Source: Octopus vulgaris
Lineage: Eukaryota
Assembly (NCBI GenBank): GCA_951406725.2
Contig: OX597826.1
Span: 79,546,001-79,610,000, forward strand
Direction: 5' to 3'
DNA: 64,000 bases
Part shown: positions 40,570 to 55,395 of the stretch, one piece after another
Numbering within the stretch: position 1 is the stretch's first letter
How the letters are laid out: each line of letters starts with the position of its first letter
The notes under the pieces: model-generated
Database searches by the model: none
Told to the model about the DNA's origin: nothing
What the model saw: the letters and a program-made list of their open reading frames with translations, nothing else
Translations under genes and position numbers: made by a program

Positions 40570-40750
40570 TTTTTTTTCTCTCCTTCTTTCTGTGTTTTTC
40601 TCTCTCTGTGTATCTTTCTGTTGAAGAGCGTAGGCTCGAAACGTTAAAGACTTGTTTTATTTATATTTCCTGAGCGCCATACTAATACAATTGTTCGTTT
40701 GTTTTCCACCTGCCTTCGTCTTTTGTTTATTTTCATAAAGCTTCCCGTTA
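40570..40750 (+). mobile_element. Penelope pLTR-like repeat with A6U hammerhead motif (40613-40650)
   Basis: TCTTT-CTGTTGA-A-GAGC-GTAG-GCTC-GAAA-CG-TT-AAAGA; ends at (TA)n. Confidence 0.75.
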
Positions 40751-40884
40751 TATATATATACATATATATATACATATGGATACATACATACATACATATA
40801 TATACATATGGATACATACATATATATATATGTATATATATATATATACATATATATAGCTATATGTATATTTATCTATATCTA

Positions 40885-41108
40885 CGTGGGTGGGTGCTGA
40901 AGAGTTCCTGCCGCTGGGTAAAAGAAAACAGAGAAACTTCAGTTAATTATGATTTTTATACAACATATTTCCCTCACAGATTATTCACACTCTTATTGCA
41001 GCTGTCCTTCAGATTTTCTAAGCCCTATAAAAGAACCCAAAATGTTGAGCCTCAAGCCAGGCCTTTCTCGACACCCTTAAAGCCAAGAACATTTCACCAC
41101 TCCGCTCG
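40885..41108 (-). mobile_element. mariner-derived MITE (same family as 36164)
   Basis: reverse-complement homology, TA flanks, TIR-like ends. Confidence 0.72.
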
Positions 41109-41580
<472 letters not shown>

Positions 41581-42195
41581 TGTATGTGTGCGCACGCGCG
41601 TGTTTGCTACATTTAAAATATAGAGATACACTTGGCAATATAAATCCCGTATAACAGCAATTTACATTGGTGTATGTATCTCTTTATTTGTTACGAATCG
41701 AATACCATAACAACAACTCTTAATGAATCCTCTTCTCCATCCTCTTGGTCATCCTCCCGCAGCAAATGAAACACTGCACAGCATTGACCAATGAATGAAG
41801 CTACGGTTTCATGTACGAACTGGATCAGTGGCGAAATGAGTGAGAGATAAATTACGAAATTAGATGTATCACAGTTGAAATAATGATATCAAATGAACAA
41901 CAAATACAAAAGGAAAACAAAAAAGGGATACAAATTGAATGAAGTGAATAGGGGCAATTCTAATTAGAGGTGCCAACACATACAATAGCATTTGATTGGG
42001 AGATAAACCATCTTGTCGTTTTATATTGAGCTGTCAATGTTTAGAGAGCAAACAGTGGTTAATAAGGAGATATATCTACGGCTCTGAAAGGCGGGAAAAA
42101 TGTTTGCTTCCGCCGAGAAACGTGCCTAAACAGTAAAATATCCAATATTACTGGTTATTCCAAGAGGAATTGCTTACTTCGAATCGCTACAGAAA

Positions 42196-42227
<32 letters not shown>

Positions 42228-42436
42228 TACATTGCAATATTGTTTGGAAATACAAGGACCACTTCTCTTCACCGCTGAATCTTCAAACCGCGTATGTTGG
42301 TAATGTAACTGCATATATTACAAGTGTCTAGAGGATATACAGTCTGAACTTGTAAGCAGAAAATGGATAAACCCATTAATGTCCCAGATATATGTTACTT
42401 TATACACACATACACACGTACATGCATATATATACA

Positions 42437-42480
<44 letters not shown>

Positions 42481-43013
42481 TTTATATTTGTATATAATTT
42501 TCCCTACTCTAATTTAATGGTTGATACCGATATTTTATTATGGTCTTATTTTATTGTATGAAAGCTCGGTTCCCAGTAGATTAAGCGCAGGCGACAGCAA
42601 TTAGAATGAAATGCTTCACAGATTCGTGATAATGTTTATTACAATAACATTTTCATTTTAAAAAAAAATCTTATTTCTGCTTATTTGAATAAAAAATATA
42701 GTGGCATGATCAGAAAGCCAAGGTGTTCATTAAAGCAATTCATTTAAATTAATTCATTTAATTAAATTTAATATAAGTTTTAACTGTGTCATTGAAAGAG
42801 ACAAATTCAGTGGCTTAAAGGTTATCCAACGGTTCTCATTTCACTTTGAGTACCCAAAGAATTAATGTTAGGCGTTAATATCGCATTCTCATTTTAAGTC
42901 ACTGGTTGCCTCTTGCTTTTTGCTCAAATAAAGGATCAAATACGGTACTTAAAAGAAATCCGATAACGCATCAAAAGAATTACAAGGAGGGGCCTCTTTA
43001 AGTGAAAACATTA

Positions 43014-43221
43014 CACTGTATACTACGACATACAAGTCGAATTTTTCAGACCCACATTTACGAAAAGTAGGTCGACTTATACACCGAGACAACTTTGGAG
43101 GACCGGAAAATATTCCATGTGAAATGCAGCAGGATATGGAAAGATAGTGACGATGCCTGAGCGTTTACACTACATGTTTGCACAATATTCTATGTCGACT
43201 TGTCCGTCAAAAGAATATGGT
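43014..43221 (+). mobile_element. MITE, TACCGTATTTTCC-type family, degenerate
   Basis: TACAAGTCGAATTTTTC..ATGTGAAATGCAGCAGG..TCGACTTGT. Confidence 0.55.
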
Positions 43222-43564
43222 GCTTCCTGAAAGTTTGTGTTAATCATAAAATATCCAGCGTTTGTAATATTATAATGCTTCCTTTTCCTTGTTTCATCCA
43301 TTGACCTGCGACGTTGCTGGGACTCGCCTTCCACGGCTTTAGTCAAAAAGATCGACATCTATATGTATTTTAAAGTCCGGCACCTATTCTATTGACCTGT
43401 TTTGCCAAGCCGCTAAGTTATTGTGGCGGTTGGGGAGACAAATACAGACACAAAAGCACACACGCGCAAACACACACACACAACACACGTACACATTCAT
43501 ACACACACTCATACACACAAACATATACAACATACACATATACAAATATATGTATATAGACAAA

Positions 43565-43644
<80 letters not shown>

Positions 43645-43667
43645 AATCTATCTATCTATATATCTAC

Positions 43668-43731
<64 letters not shown>

Positions 43732-43837
43732 ATATATATATAAAATATAATATAATATATATATATTATGTATGTATGCATATGTATCTGTAAATACATG
43801 TATGTATATGTATATGCATGAATATATATATATTATA

Positions 43838-43876
<39 letters not shown>

Positions 43877-44848
43877 AGATTGTAGTTCCCTATATCATCT
43901 TTATGAAATATCGAAAGACACTCAAAGACATGTTGAACATTAAGCTGTTTAATTAATTTTGATATGTACATCGGACAAATTAATATTAGCATATAATTAC
44001 TGATTGCTGATTAAGAGTATTTAAAATTGTGATACATTTATATTGTGTACATTCACATTCACGTTTGTGTGTGTGTGTGCGTGATATATGTAGGTGTCTG
44101 CGTTTGCTTACAACGTTGCTAAGTAAAAGTTAATTTTATGGAGTCTTATCTCTCTGAAAATCTCTCTAAATGATTAATACAAAGTTACGCCCGAGAATGC
44201 GGCTCTGCCTGTATGTGCGTATATGCACTGAACAGCCGCAGTTTGCTTTACTCTCCGTTGACGAGCAGAAGCACAAATCTATTAAGCTGTCAACTCTTCA
44301 CCGGAATCAAACAAATCGACACAGTACAAGCTCCGTTTCCCATTAGTAGAATCAGTATAATGATGTGTTAATGATCAACAGATTAACGTTTCTTGGTGTT
44401 ATTAATACTGCCCTGTGATCCTGGTATATCAATTACTTTTGTTTTTCAGTGACATAGTTCACTTTGGGATAATTACGACGAACCACAGTCACTAAGAAAT
44501 ACTCTGTGTAACTCAAAATTGTCTTCGTTACAGTTTACTCTGAAGAATACTCACCTTTCATTTAATATATTTTAGACGAAAACTGGTGAAACAGTTGTTC
44601 TGTCAAAAATCGTAATAAAGTTATTTGAAAAAAAAAGCACAAAAGCAGGATAGATTTAGGCGGTGTTTCTACATTAAAACTGATTACTGAATTCCTGATC
44701 TTAAGAAGAATTTACAGTTCTTATTGTACATCCTTCGGAACTGAAAGGAGTGGTTCTTAGAATGGCAAATCATTTTGTATAGCACTCTACTGGTACTGTT
44801 TGTCTAATCCGGACGATTAAAGTAAATATTAGCCACGAACATATACAC

Positions 44849-44912
<64 letters not shown>

Positions 44913-44914
<2 letters not shown>

Positions 44915-45078
44915 GACAGGCTTCTTTCAGTTTCTGTCTACCAAATACACTCACAAGGCTTTGGTCGGCCCGAGGCTATAGTAGAAGACACTCGCCCAAG
45001 GTGCCACGCAGTGGGACTGAACCCGGAACCATGTGGTTGGTAAGCAAGTTACTTACCACACAGCCACTCCTGCGCCTA
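44913..45078 (-). mobile_element. SINE family B, 5' half, near consensus
   Basis: CCAAGGTGCCACGCAGTGGGACTGAACCCGGAACC..CACAGCCACTCCTGCGCCT. Confidence 0.92.
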
Positions 45079-47291
45079 ATATTGTTGATCTAAATGGTAC
45101 AAATTAGAAAATCGCCTGTCACAGCAACCGTGAAACATTAAGTGTGACTCTCTGGGTGCAGCACAGCGTTTACGATATAGCAGTTTGGTATTTCACACAA
45201 AAACAGACACCAAACTGGCTCAATACATTTGCACGAATTTAATGGCAGATTGACTCTCAATGACTTTGATAATTGTTACCCACTGAAAAATATTCTATCA
45301 CGAATGGGTTTCACTGCTTAATAATACCATTTATGTATAAATAAAAGCAACATTGTCTCTATACGTTGTTGGACATCTTGTTATATTATTTCATATAATG
45401 TTATAATTTTTCATCTCAACAGCAATGTATACATTTAATTGTGCATCTTCTGTAAATATGGGTATTGTATTATTTTTCTGTGAATATGGGTGTTGATTGT
45501 GAATCATTGATGCATAATTCAGTTGGTGATTCTGTACATGCGAACCGTTTAAACGTTGGATAATCAAGATACAGTGGTGCAATTTCTCTTTACAAATTCG
45601 TTTTTGTTTCATATTAATATTCGGCAAACATTGTTGCATGACTCACGCTTGCTTTCCAACGTTGATTACCTTTCCTAGTGTTTATGACACGTATATTTAT
45701 TGCCTCTTGTCGTAGAAGCCATTGCCAAACACATATCTCAATGTGAAACACATTCAACACTGTCGAGGTAGATAATTGTCAAACGGACGGCGACGCTCTC
45801 TCCGAATTACATTATTTACGTGCGGGAATTCGTTTTGCCATTAATATATTATTTTATTGTTGAAGTCATTTGTTCGGCTGTCAAGAAAAACGGTTTACGA
45901 TAAAGGTGAAGATTATGGTTATTAGGCTTTGGAGAATTATGATAATATTAATGGTAATGTTATTGTGTATGGGAGCTGAGTTGCTTTCTTTGTTAATAAC
46001 TTTATTACCTGTAGCAGGCTGTGTTGATGGTGGCCGTAGAAGAGTTAATAGTCAATATGATGCTCATGTTGATATTGGCAGTGACGATGGTGAGAATATT
46101 GGCACGAGTTTGTAGACAGAATTCACTGCGTTGACAAGGCAGAATCTCTATTAGTTCTCATAGTAAAGCTACGCCTAACAGAACCGGTAGAGCAACGAAT
46201 GAAAAGGTAGGCGCTAATAACGTTCTGTGTTCATACCTCAACGAAATGAAATTTGCTTTTTGTGTTCATGGTGATAGATATCCTAAGTACCAGTTAATTG
46301 CTGAGGTCGTTTAAGTTGATTACATCCTTCCTATAAAATATGATTGAATATTTTTCTTCTTCATCAAGTCTTTTAAAACATCAAGTTTGATACCCTGTAT
46401 AATACTATTACGGTTCCTTTTCTTACCCCTACCTTCATTTCCATTTGATGGCTTCTTTCCAGATATCTTGATTTGCCGGTAATTCCAACGCATTGGCGAT
46501 CAACAATTCACCACCATGAATATGTATTACAAAAAAAAAATGCAGCACCAGGAAAGAAGTGCTTTGTGAGCGCCAAATATTTTGTCTTATTTCTATAAAT
46601 GTAAGAATAAAAACAAGAAGATAAAAAGTGAAGGAGTGAGATGGGAGGAAATACTGTTTGATTAGGGTTAGTTTCAAGGTTACCAGGTTCCTGGGTACTT
46701 TGACCCTAACACCGCTGACTTAAGCCATGGAAACTCACACTCTACTGCTCACATAAGTAGCAACAGACATTTGTATCATGCTGAAACTGTTATTGTTGAT
46801 TACGTAAATGCTGGTGGGAATGTAGTTGTGATGGTGAGGAACTGGCGGTGATCATATTGTTCTTGTTAATTGTATTATGGTTGCTGTTTAGTTCCAACTC
46901 AATCTCCGTTGACACAAACATCAAACGCACACTTCATTCAACATTTAAAATACAGTGAAGCACCAAATTAATTATCTCATATAATTGTTTTTTTTTGTTT
47001 CAGATGGACTTGTTTATCTTATTCATAAAACTGTTGATGTTGCAGTTGGTTATTAAAAGTTGCTGGGTTAGTAATGATGAGGTTTGATTTGGTTTTCATG
47101 TTGATGCTGCTGGTTGTGTTGGCATTAACGATAATGGTGATGGTAAAAGTTAATTTATATATATATATATATGGGGTGATATTTATCTCCAAACCCAAAG
47201 GCTACCTCACAACACCAGTGCCTGATTAGAAACTGTGCTTCTATGTATATGGCGAGCGGGATGTCGCTACTATCTCCCAACGGCCGAGCAC

Positions 47292-47338
47292 CTATCATTG
47301 ACAAAGCCAGCGAAGGCCGAAATCACGTGAGCTGGTAG
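47292..47338 (+). ncRNA. degenerate hammerhead with U3-A8 core
   Basis: CTATCA-TTGACAA-AGCC-AGCGAA-GGCC-GAAA-TCACGTGA-GC-TGGTAG; 6-bp stem I; U16.1 replaced by G. Confidence 0.55.
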
Positions 47339-47527
47339 TCTTGACGCTGGTGATGGCAGAGATTTGTCTCCCGCTAGCGATATAAACATGAGTGCTTGTT
47401 TGCACCACAAGTCCATTCCAGATATTCTCTCATGCTAAATAACGCAGGATTTTGTGTTCCAACACAACACCCACATTTGAGTGAGGATAATCATTACCTT
47501 TTGGTATTAGTACTGCCCCTGTCGCTG

Positions 47528-47579
<52 letters not shown>

Positions 47580-47768
47580 AAACATGCTTTCAAATATAAC
47601 TATTTGGTGTGAATTAATTACTACAACTTACGCGATTCAATGCCGATCCAGACTCCACTAAGCGGATACTCTAACCACAATTTTTAGAAGTTTGTTAGAT
47701 TTGACTCGAATCAAAAATTTTGCTGCAATGCATAGCTTCTCAGCGAAACATGAAATACATACATACAT

Positions 47769-47834
<66 letters not shown>

Positions 47835-47906
47835 CCATGTACACACATGTACACACATAACATATCTCAGTGGGATTTGCACTCAGAAAGTAAACAGCTC
47901 AAACTA

Positions 47907-49023
47907 CGGGTGGTATCAAAAAGTTCCAGGACTAGTTATGAGTTGTGTGGAAGTAGAACACCCCTACTGGTTGGCTCCTAATGGACTGTGCTACAATATA
48001 AGTGGAAACACGCAAAGAGCCTTCAGAGCAGAGTAAAGCCGGAAGTTGCGTATTGTCGAGGGTTATTGAATGGAACGATTTGCAAGGAAGTTATTACTAT
48101 TCCATTATATCGTCGGTCGAACGTGCAATACAAAGTTATGTTTAATAAAAAATAACTTATTTACTTAAGTTTTATTATCATCTCCTTCGAAATAGTCCCC
48201 TTGCGCAGCAATCCACCGGTCCCAGCATTCCTGCCACTTTTGGAATCGAGTCTGGAAGTCGTTTTCCGTAAGTGAATCGAGGACCTTCTGCGATTTGCTC
48301 TTGATCTTGACAACGGTGTTAAAACGGCGACCTTTAAGCTGCCTTTTCCTCTGGGAGAAGAGATGGAAGTCTTTAGGTGTTAAATCTGGCGAATAGGGCG
48401 AGTACCGAAGCGATACCATGTTACTTTTGGAGAGAAACTCGCGAGTGAGGAGAATTAGGTGACAGGGTGCATTGTCGTCATGAAGAATCCAGTTGTTCGC
48501 GATCCACAGATCCGGTCGCTCTCACCAAGTGTCTTCCATGAAATACTTCAAAACGTCGCAGTAGAACTTCCGATTGACGGTCTGGCCCTGCGGGGTGGGG
48601 ACAAATTCCCGATGCACAATTCCACATTTCCGGGGATGACCCTCGTGCAGGTCTTCCACATCAATCATCGCCTTCCACTGACGTTCTTCCTCTTTGGAAG
48701 CGCTCTTGTTACTCGAAACATCGCCTACAGCCCATTGCCCCGTCACCGGAAGCTTTTGCCGAAGCATGTTCCATGACTCTGTAGCAGACTTCCCGAGTTT
48801 ATCTGTTCTCTGCTCCGACTTCCTGTCTACGACAAAATCGCAGACTACAGCAGACACGTGATCACAAAAACACGCATTTCACAACTTATGAAGTAAACAC
48901 AGCGATGTCACTCGGCACACTGCCTCATGAAAGTCACTACTAGATCTCACTACACACGCATCTATGTACCGCCATCTGCTGGAACGATACAGAACTAGTC
49001 CGGAACGTTTTGATACCGTCCCG
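47907..49023 (-). mobile_element. mariner transposon (irritans-like), internally deleted
   Basis: TIRs CGGGTGGTATCAAAAAGTTCCAGGACTAGTT / AACTAGTCCGGAACGTTTTGATACCGTCCCG; TA flanks. Confidence 0.93.
48165..48857 (-). pseudogene. mariner transposase pseudogene
   Basis: KLGKSATES, GIVHREFVP..GQTVN..FYCDVL, PYSPDLTPKDFHLF..LKGRRF, WDRWIAAQGDYFEG. Confidence 0.93.
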
Positions 49024-49032
49024 TAAATACCG

Positions 49033-49600
49033 CAAAGCCTTTCCCCAAAAAAGATGAAAGGCAAAGTCGACTTCGGTGGAATTTGAACCCAGAAAGTAAA
49101 GAGCTGGAAGAAATACTGATAAACATTTTATTCGCTATGCTAACGATTCTGCCAGCTCGCTGCCATATTCGTTAATATAATAATGGTTTCAAATTTTGCC
49201 ACAGAGCCTGAAATTTCTGGGGAGGGGATGAGTCTATTATATCGACCCTAGTGTTCAATTGGTACTTATTTTATCGACCAATAAATGATGAAAGGCAAAG
49301 TCGACCATGGCGGAATTTGAACTCAGAACGGAGCGACGGGTGAAATGCCGCTAAGCATTTCGTCCAGCGTGCTAACGATTCTGCCAGCTCGCCGCCTCAT
49401 TGATAAATATCCTTTTTACTAAAGGCACAAGGCCTGAAATTTGTGGGGAGGGGACTAGTCGATGACATAGATCACAGTGTTTCATTGGTACTTAATTTAT
49501 CGACCACGAAAGGGTGAAAAGCAAAGTCGACCTCGGCGGAATTTGAACTCAGAACGAAGCGACGGACGAAATACCGCTAAGCATTTCGTCCAGCTCACCT
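49033..49600 (-). mobile_element. three head-to-tail SINE family A copies
   Basis: AAAGTCGAC..GGAATTTGAAC body three times (about 49033-49165, 49185-49397, 49410-49600). Confidence 0.88.
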
Positions 49601-50564
49601 TCGGATTGATAAATATAATATAAAGAATAACCGGAACTACAGGAACAACAACAACAACAGCAACAATGATAACATGAACAGGAAGAAGAAGAAGAAGAAG
49701 AAGAAGAAGAAGAAGAAGAAGGAGGAGGGGGAGGCGGAGAATATTCCATGGAGATTCACTATCATCAATTCAGTACAACATGGTTGTTGCATCTTTAAGT
49801 ATAGATTTAAATTTTACAGAAAGTAACGATAATCCTCGTGGGATTAATATCTGCCACTTGAAACTGGAAGATTACGATAAATCTCCTCCACAGATAATTT
49901 CCATCATGGCTGAATAAATCTGATTTTGACAAACAACAGTGTTATAAGCGGTCAAAAGCTATTAACTGGAAGTGGGAGCAGAGTTACTGCTCCAGACCAA
50001 AGCTATCGGTCACTGATGGCTGGATGCGCCAGTTTGCTTTCTTCGGAATACATCCGGACCCACGAGAGTAAAACCTATCTGATTGCAGGGAAAAAAATAT
50101 GGGAATAATTTAGAGAAAAAAAATAAACTCCCCTTCGCCAAAAAGGATATTAAATAAAATAAAATAAAATAAATACAAAAACAGTACAACAACAGCCATA
50201 GAGAATGGAAATCATGTAATTCTCTGAGATAAACAAATACATATAGATAAGAAGAGCGAAGCAAACCTCTTCGGTGTTATTATATAAGATAAGATATTCA
50301 GAGCTCGTAAAATTATTGATGTAGCTTTGCCAACAGAAATGTAGAAATCTGCAAAGAAGGATTGAAAAACTCTCCGAAGAAAAACACTCAGAGATAAATA
50401 TATTTCGGTTGCAGAATGTGGCCAGATAATTAATCTCTGATGGGAGGCTTCAACATGATGATTCGATTATTGGGTTGTTCCAAATCCTCTGACTAGCACT
50501 TTAGATCAGTCCATAGGGATTTGCGAAGGCGATGCTTACTGTTGCGGTCATTACTGCAGTCACC

Positions 50565-50790
50565 ATGGTAGCCATACTGGAGCACCGCCTTGAAGGGTCT
50601 TAATGGAGCAAAGTAACCTTACTTCTTGTGTTTGCTTTTCAAACCTGGTAGTTATTCTATAAGTCTCACCGAACCACTGTCCGCACAGTTTCTGTCCACC
50701 AGATTCACTCACGAGGCATTTGTTGGCCCAAAGCTATAATAGAAGACAGTTAACCAAGGTGTCGCGCTGAGTAACTGAACCCGAATCCAC
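50565..50790 (-). mobile_element. SINE family B, degenerate with deletions
   Basis: CCATACTGGAGCACCGCCTTGAAGG..CTATAATAGAAGACA..CCAAGGTG..ACTGAACCC. Confidence 0.7.
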
Positions 50791-52372
50791 AACGGTTGAA
50801 AATATTCAAAAGTATTTCAAATTATAAGGAGAAAAGAGAACAAAGTTATATATACGTAAATACAGTTGAACTGTGAACTTTTATGTCTTTTTTCTTCTCT
50901 TTCTTCATCTCCTTCTCCTTTACTTCTGTCCTCCATGTCATCATTTCCTTAATCTATACGCTTCTCATTTTCCTTATTTGCATCTGATGACAGAATATCC
51001 CACATTCTGGGATATCCCCAAAACAGCTGTAAGACTGAATTTTTTCCAATAATAATAATGCATATGACTTGAGATGTTTGCCTCATTAACAATTTTATTT
51101 CCGTCATATTGGAAATCTGCAATGGCTCCATAACTACCGTCTCGGATATAATCTTGGAGCCTTAGTAATCCGTTACAGCACTTACCTAGCATACCATGTC
51201 ATTTAGATCACCTGTGAACTAAACCCCCATACTTTGTATATATATTTGTATATATATATATGTGTGTGTATGTATTTGTGTGTGTGTATGTGTGTGTATA
51301 TAGCAAGCTTCTTAACCACACAGCCTGGCATCTGCCTAATACTTTAAAATAGTAATGACATAACAACAATAACCTTTTTTATTATTACTACGAAGGACCT
51401 TGCAAACGGAAGCAAAAGTGTTTAAAAACGTGAGAATAAATGAAACAAAGTTATATATAAACGTGGGTGAGGAGGAAGAAGTTTCATAATATATTAGGAG
51501 GCATTAAAACAGTTTTGTGGGGAGGGAAACTTCACAAAAATAACTGAATGAACATATAAATACAGATATTAAAAGCGATACTATTTATGCAAAACACAGA
51601 CAGCTTAGGGTCCTCCACAACTCTCCAGCTTTTCCTCCATGAAACGTCGTAAAGTTTGGTTAAATGTTTCTTAAACCTTGTTCAGCTTGCTCTGAAGGTA
51701 TACGCTCTAATTTGTATCTTTTCGCCGTTAAGCATCTCTATAAAATTGTTATTCTTTCTGTTTGAGGGAAAAGGTGTTGTGGAATATTGTGCATAACTCT
51801 TCTCCGTTCTAATTTGCTGATGTGTTTCTCCACCTCTGCCAAATATTTATACTTCTTGCCTAGTGAGATGAGATCGAAAACATTTGTGATCTTGACAAAA
51901 GATCTTTTGTTGTTGTCACAGCAGCTGTTGTTGTTAGTATCATCGTTATCGCTGTCGTTATTGATTCTTATTAGGATAATGATGGCTTTGCTTTTGTGGA
52001 TACAGTTTGTTTCAATAATGAAGCTGGAGCTTCATTTTCTGCTATTGGTGATTTTGCAAACTTCTTTGCATGACATCACATTGATCTTGTTCTTACTGTC
52101 GTTGCTATCATTTGCTGGTATGTTACTATCGTTTGTTCCCACTATTTTAATTTCTATTACCGTTGAAGTACTGAGTGGGAGTAGGTAAGTCCGGTAGATA
52201 GTTTCCCCTTCAAAACCTCCTTCTACTTCCTCTCTCGCTAGTTGGTCGGCAAAAACGAGGCTATTTTGAAGTTTTTTCTTTTCTTTGAAAGATTTTCTTC
52301 CTTTTAATATTTTGACGTTTAGTTCAAGAAAAGAACAATAAAATGAAGCCAAAAGGAAACCAAAACATCCAC

Positions 52373-52387
52373 TGACGTCACTTCCGA
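52373..52387 (-). promoter_or_regulatory. overlapping ETS-CRE motif
   Basis: reverse complement TCGGAAGTGACGTCA; 14/15 match to (G/C)CGGAAGTGACGTCA, in apparently non-repeat DNA. Confidence 0.35.
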
Positions 52388-53854
52388 ATCACGTTTAGCC
52401 TCGGCGATAAACCACATAAAAACAACAACAACAATAATAATAATGATGATAATTGAAATTTTATCAGTTTATGCTTCTCCGGTGTATAATGTAAATTGCA
52501 TTGCTCTTATTTTTGGTGAATAAAAAAATCCAGAGGGAAATCTACAACAGCATTATTTATCGGAAAATTTAATAGAAATCAACCAAATTAAATTTTAATT
52601 ATATCGTTATAACTTCTGACATTCAAAACACTATTCTTGGCAAGTGTTTTGATGAAATTGTGCTTTTTTGTGACTTTCTCTGATTTAACCTACAGCTCTT
52701 TTATTCTAAAAGAATCGCTTTTATTATATATAAATGACTGACTTCAAGCTGGTAACGTCACTGGCAGAAGTAGTTGATGTGGTGATATTGATAGTGGCAG
52801 CCAAGAGTATATTTAGATATTTTGTTACATGAACAAGAATTGGTCCACAAAGATCCTCAGTTTAATATAATGTAGTGTGTGCAGAAAAGCTAAACAGGCC
52901 GTGGCTGTTCCATCGAGCGTGAGAAAAAGAAAAAGAAATGACATTTTATTTTATTGACTTATGCTACGTTAATCGTTTCATCAACAACGCAATTTTCGAC
53001 ATGTTTCGGTTTTGATAGACCCCATCCCCTGAGAAGTATAGCATCTATTTTGCATAGCCAAATAGTTAACACTACTTAAATATTGTTTTTCATTCGAATG
53101 TCATTTATATATTATTAATTTCAGTTACTTATTCTAAAATATGGCGAACCTACAGCACAAGAGATTTCAATTTTATTGAAGCACAGATTAAATATCAAAA
53201 GAAATTATTGCCTACATCTTGATATAAGATTCAATCAGAGTGGCTTCATTTATTACATAAATAAATCTTATTGAATACACTAGGGCTAAGGCTTCCCATT
53301 ATGGCAACTTCCAAATCCTATTGGGGGGCGACTTTACATTTCACCCTTTCTGGGTCAATAGATTATGTGCCAGTCAAATAGTGGAAGCGATTTAATTGAC
53401 TGTATTCGTACATACTACGAAAATTAGCAACATAGCATTCGTATGTTATGATAAAATCATTGAAGGGTTAAAATGTTATGATCGTAAGGGCTGAACTAGT
53501 CGAGATTTGTGATGATGTTGTTGTTGATGTTTCAACGACCAATTTCAGTTTTACGTATTCTTCTCGCGCTTAAAATCGATAATTTCAAAGGAGATGGGTT
53601 CATCTAGCCCCAATTAAGAACGGAAACGTATAAATGGGTGCCAACCAATCAGACTGCGTCGACGAGGTTACTCGAACTACTAGAGATAGCAACAAAATTG
53701 TTTCCTTTAAATTATACTCTAACATAAAAACAACAACAACAACAAAAAATAATACATACCGACTTACATAGACTCCTAAACAAAGAGATGCATAATACGC
53801 AGACACATCAAAATAACGACGGACACACACATTAAGCTAATTGCTCATACAGAC

Positions 53855-53909
<55 letters not shown>

Positions 53910-54823
53910 AAAAAATTCAGACAAAAGAGAAGAGAAAAAACAAAGCAAAGATGGATATAGAGAAAATAGATGCATCAGGCAGCACATAAATAAACGCAAA
54001 TGTCATTATTTTCTAAATGACTGCTTGTTTCAAGAAATACTATTAATATATTTACATAAAAAAAAACCAAATAGATGTATATTATGTATATTAATCGCGA
54101 ATCTGTATTATATTTAATGCAACAGAAGTGTGCTTAATTGCAAACGGTGCGTTAGTTCTAGGTTTCATGATTTATTTTGCTAAATCTCAACAAGAATATC
54201 TCATTAGGAACTAACAGAAAGCAGACACATAAAGACACACACAAACAAAACTCACACGCATATAGAATATATACATTTTCATATATACATACATATCTAC
54301 ACACGCGTGTATACGAGGAGGATTAAGAACAAAAACAAGAACAGACAGATTTTTGCCTTCATTATTTTAGATGCATGGCTTGGACATCGAAAAAGGTTTT
54401 AGTTCAAGATGGATGCACAGTCACAAATATTCACAAGCGCATGCGCACAAAGGACGTTGATAGAGAAGACAGGTGACACTATTCGGCTGAGTAAACACTT
54501 AATAAGTAAACATAAGACGTACTACATTCCTAATGAGCAATGCTAATTAGACATAGGTGCGTGACGAAGTAGTTAACAAGGAGCCGGGTTTGATCTTGTT
54601 CCTCCAAGCTTGAATCGACCTGGAATTGGTTAGGTTTAAAAGGTGTGGAAAGCCGCCAGATTGAACGTTCTTCTAATTCAAACGCCCAGCCCTATGGCAA
54701 CCAGGTTCGCGCTGGGATTAAGCTAAGAGAAAAGTTGTTTATCGATTGTCCTGTCAGCTACATTATTAGGAATATACAGGCGGAACTATTCAGGCACACA
54801 AAATTCATTGCATACACAAATAC

Positions 54824-54917
<94 letters not shown>

Positions 54918-54973
54918 TCCTCCCAAAACATCAACTCTCACTCTCTCTCTCGATATATACATAGCTATTATCT

Positions 54974-55250
54974 CTTACTTGTTTCAGTCATTGCACTGCG
55001 GCCATGCTAAGCACTGCATTGCAGGGTTTAGCCGAATAAAATCGACACCAGTTATATTTTAAAGCATGGTATCCATTCTATCAGTCGATTTTTGTCGAAC
55101 ACCGCTAAGCTACGGGGATGTCAGCAAACTAACACCGGTTGTCAAGCGATGGTAGAGAACAAACAACAAAAGCACACAGAAGTTGGCCCGCAATGGGACT
55201 GAAGCCGAAACAATTTGGCTGGAAAGCGATCCCCTTTTCAAACAGACATG
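54974..55250 (-). mobile_element. SINE family B, degenerate
   Basis: TTACTTGTTTCAGTCATTG..GGCCATGCT..ACACCGGTTGTCAAGCGATGGT. Confidence 0.75.
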
Positions 55251-55350
55251 CTGCGACTAAACACCCATCCGGTATATGTATATCTATGTACGTATACATA
55301 TATAAACATACATATATCTGTATATATATACACATCTGTATGTATATGTA

Positions 55351-55395
<45 letters not shown>

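Noticed and set aside
51600-51860. Minus-strand EKHISKLERRR peptide resembling CR1 ORF2
   Set aside because: Similarity is limited to a few residues and interrupted by stops.
52995-53040. Minus-strand GAAACATGTC with partial stem II
   Set aside because: The 5' core reads GGGATGG; too degraded.
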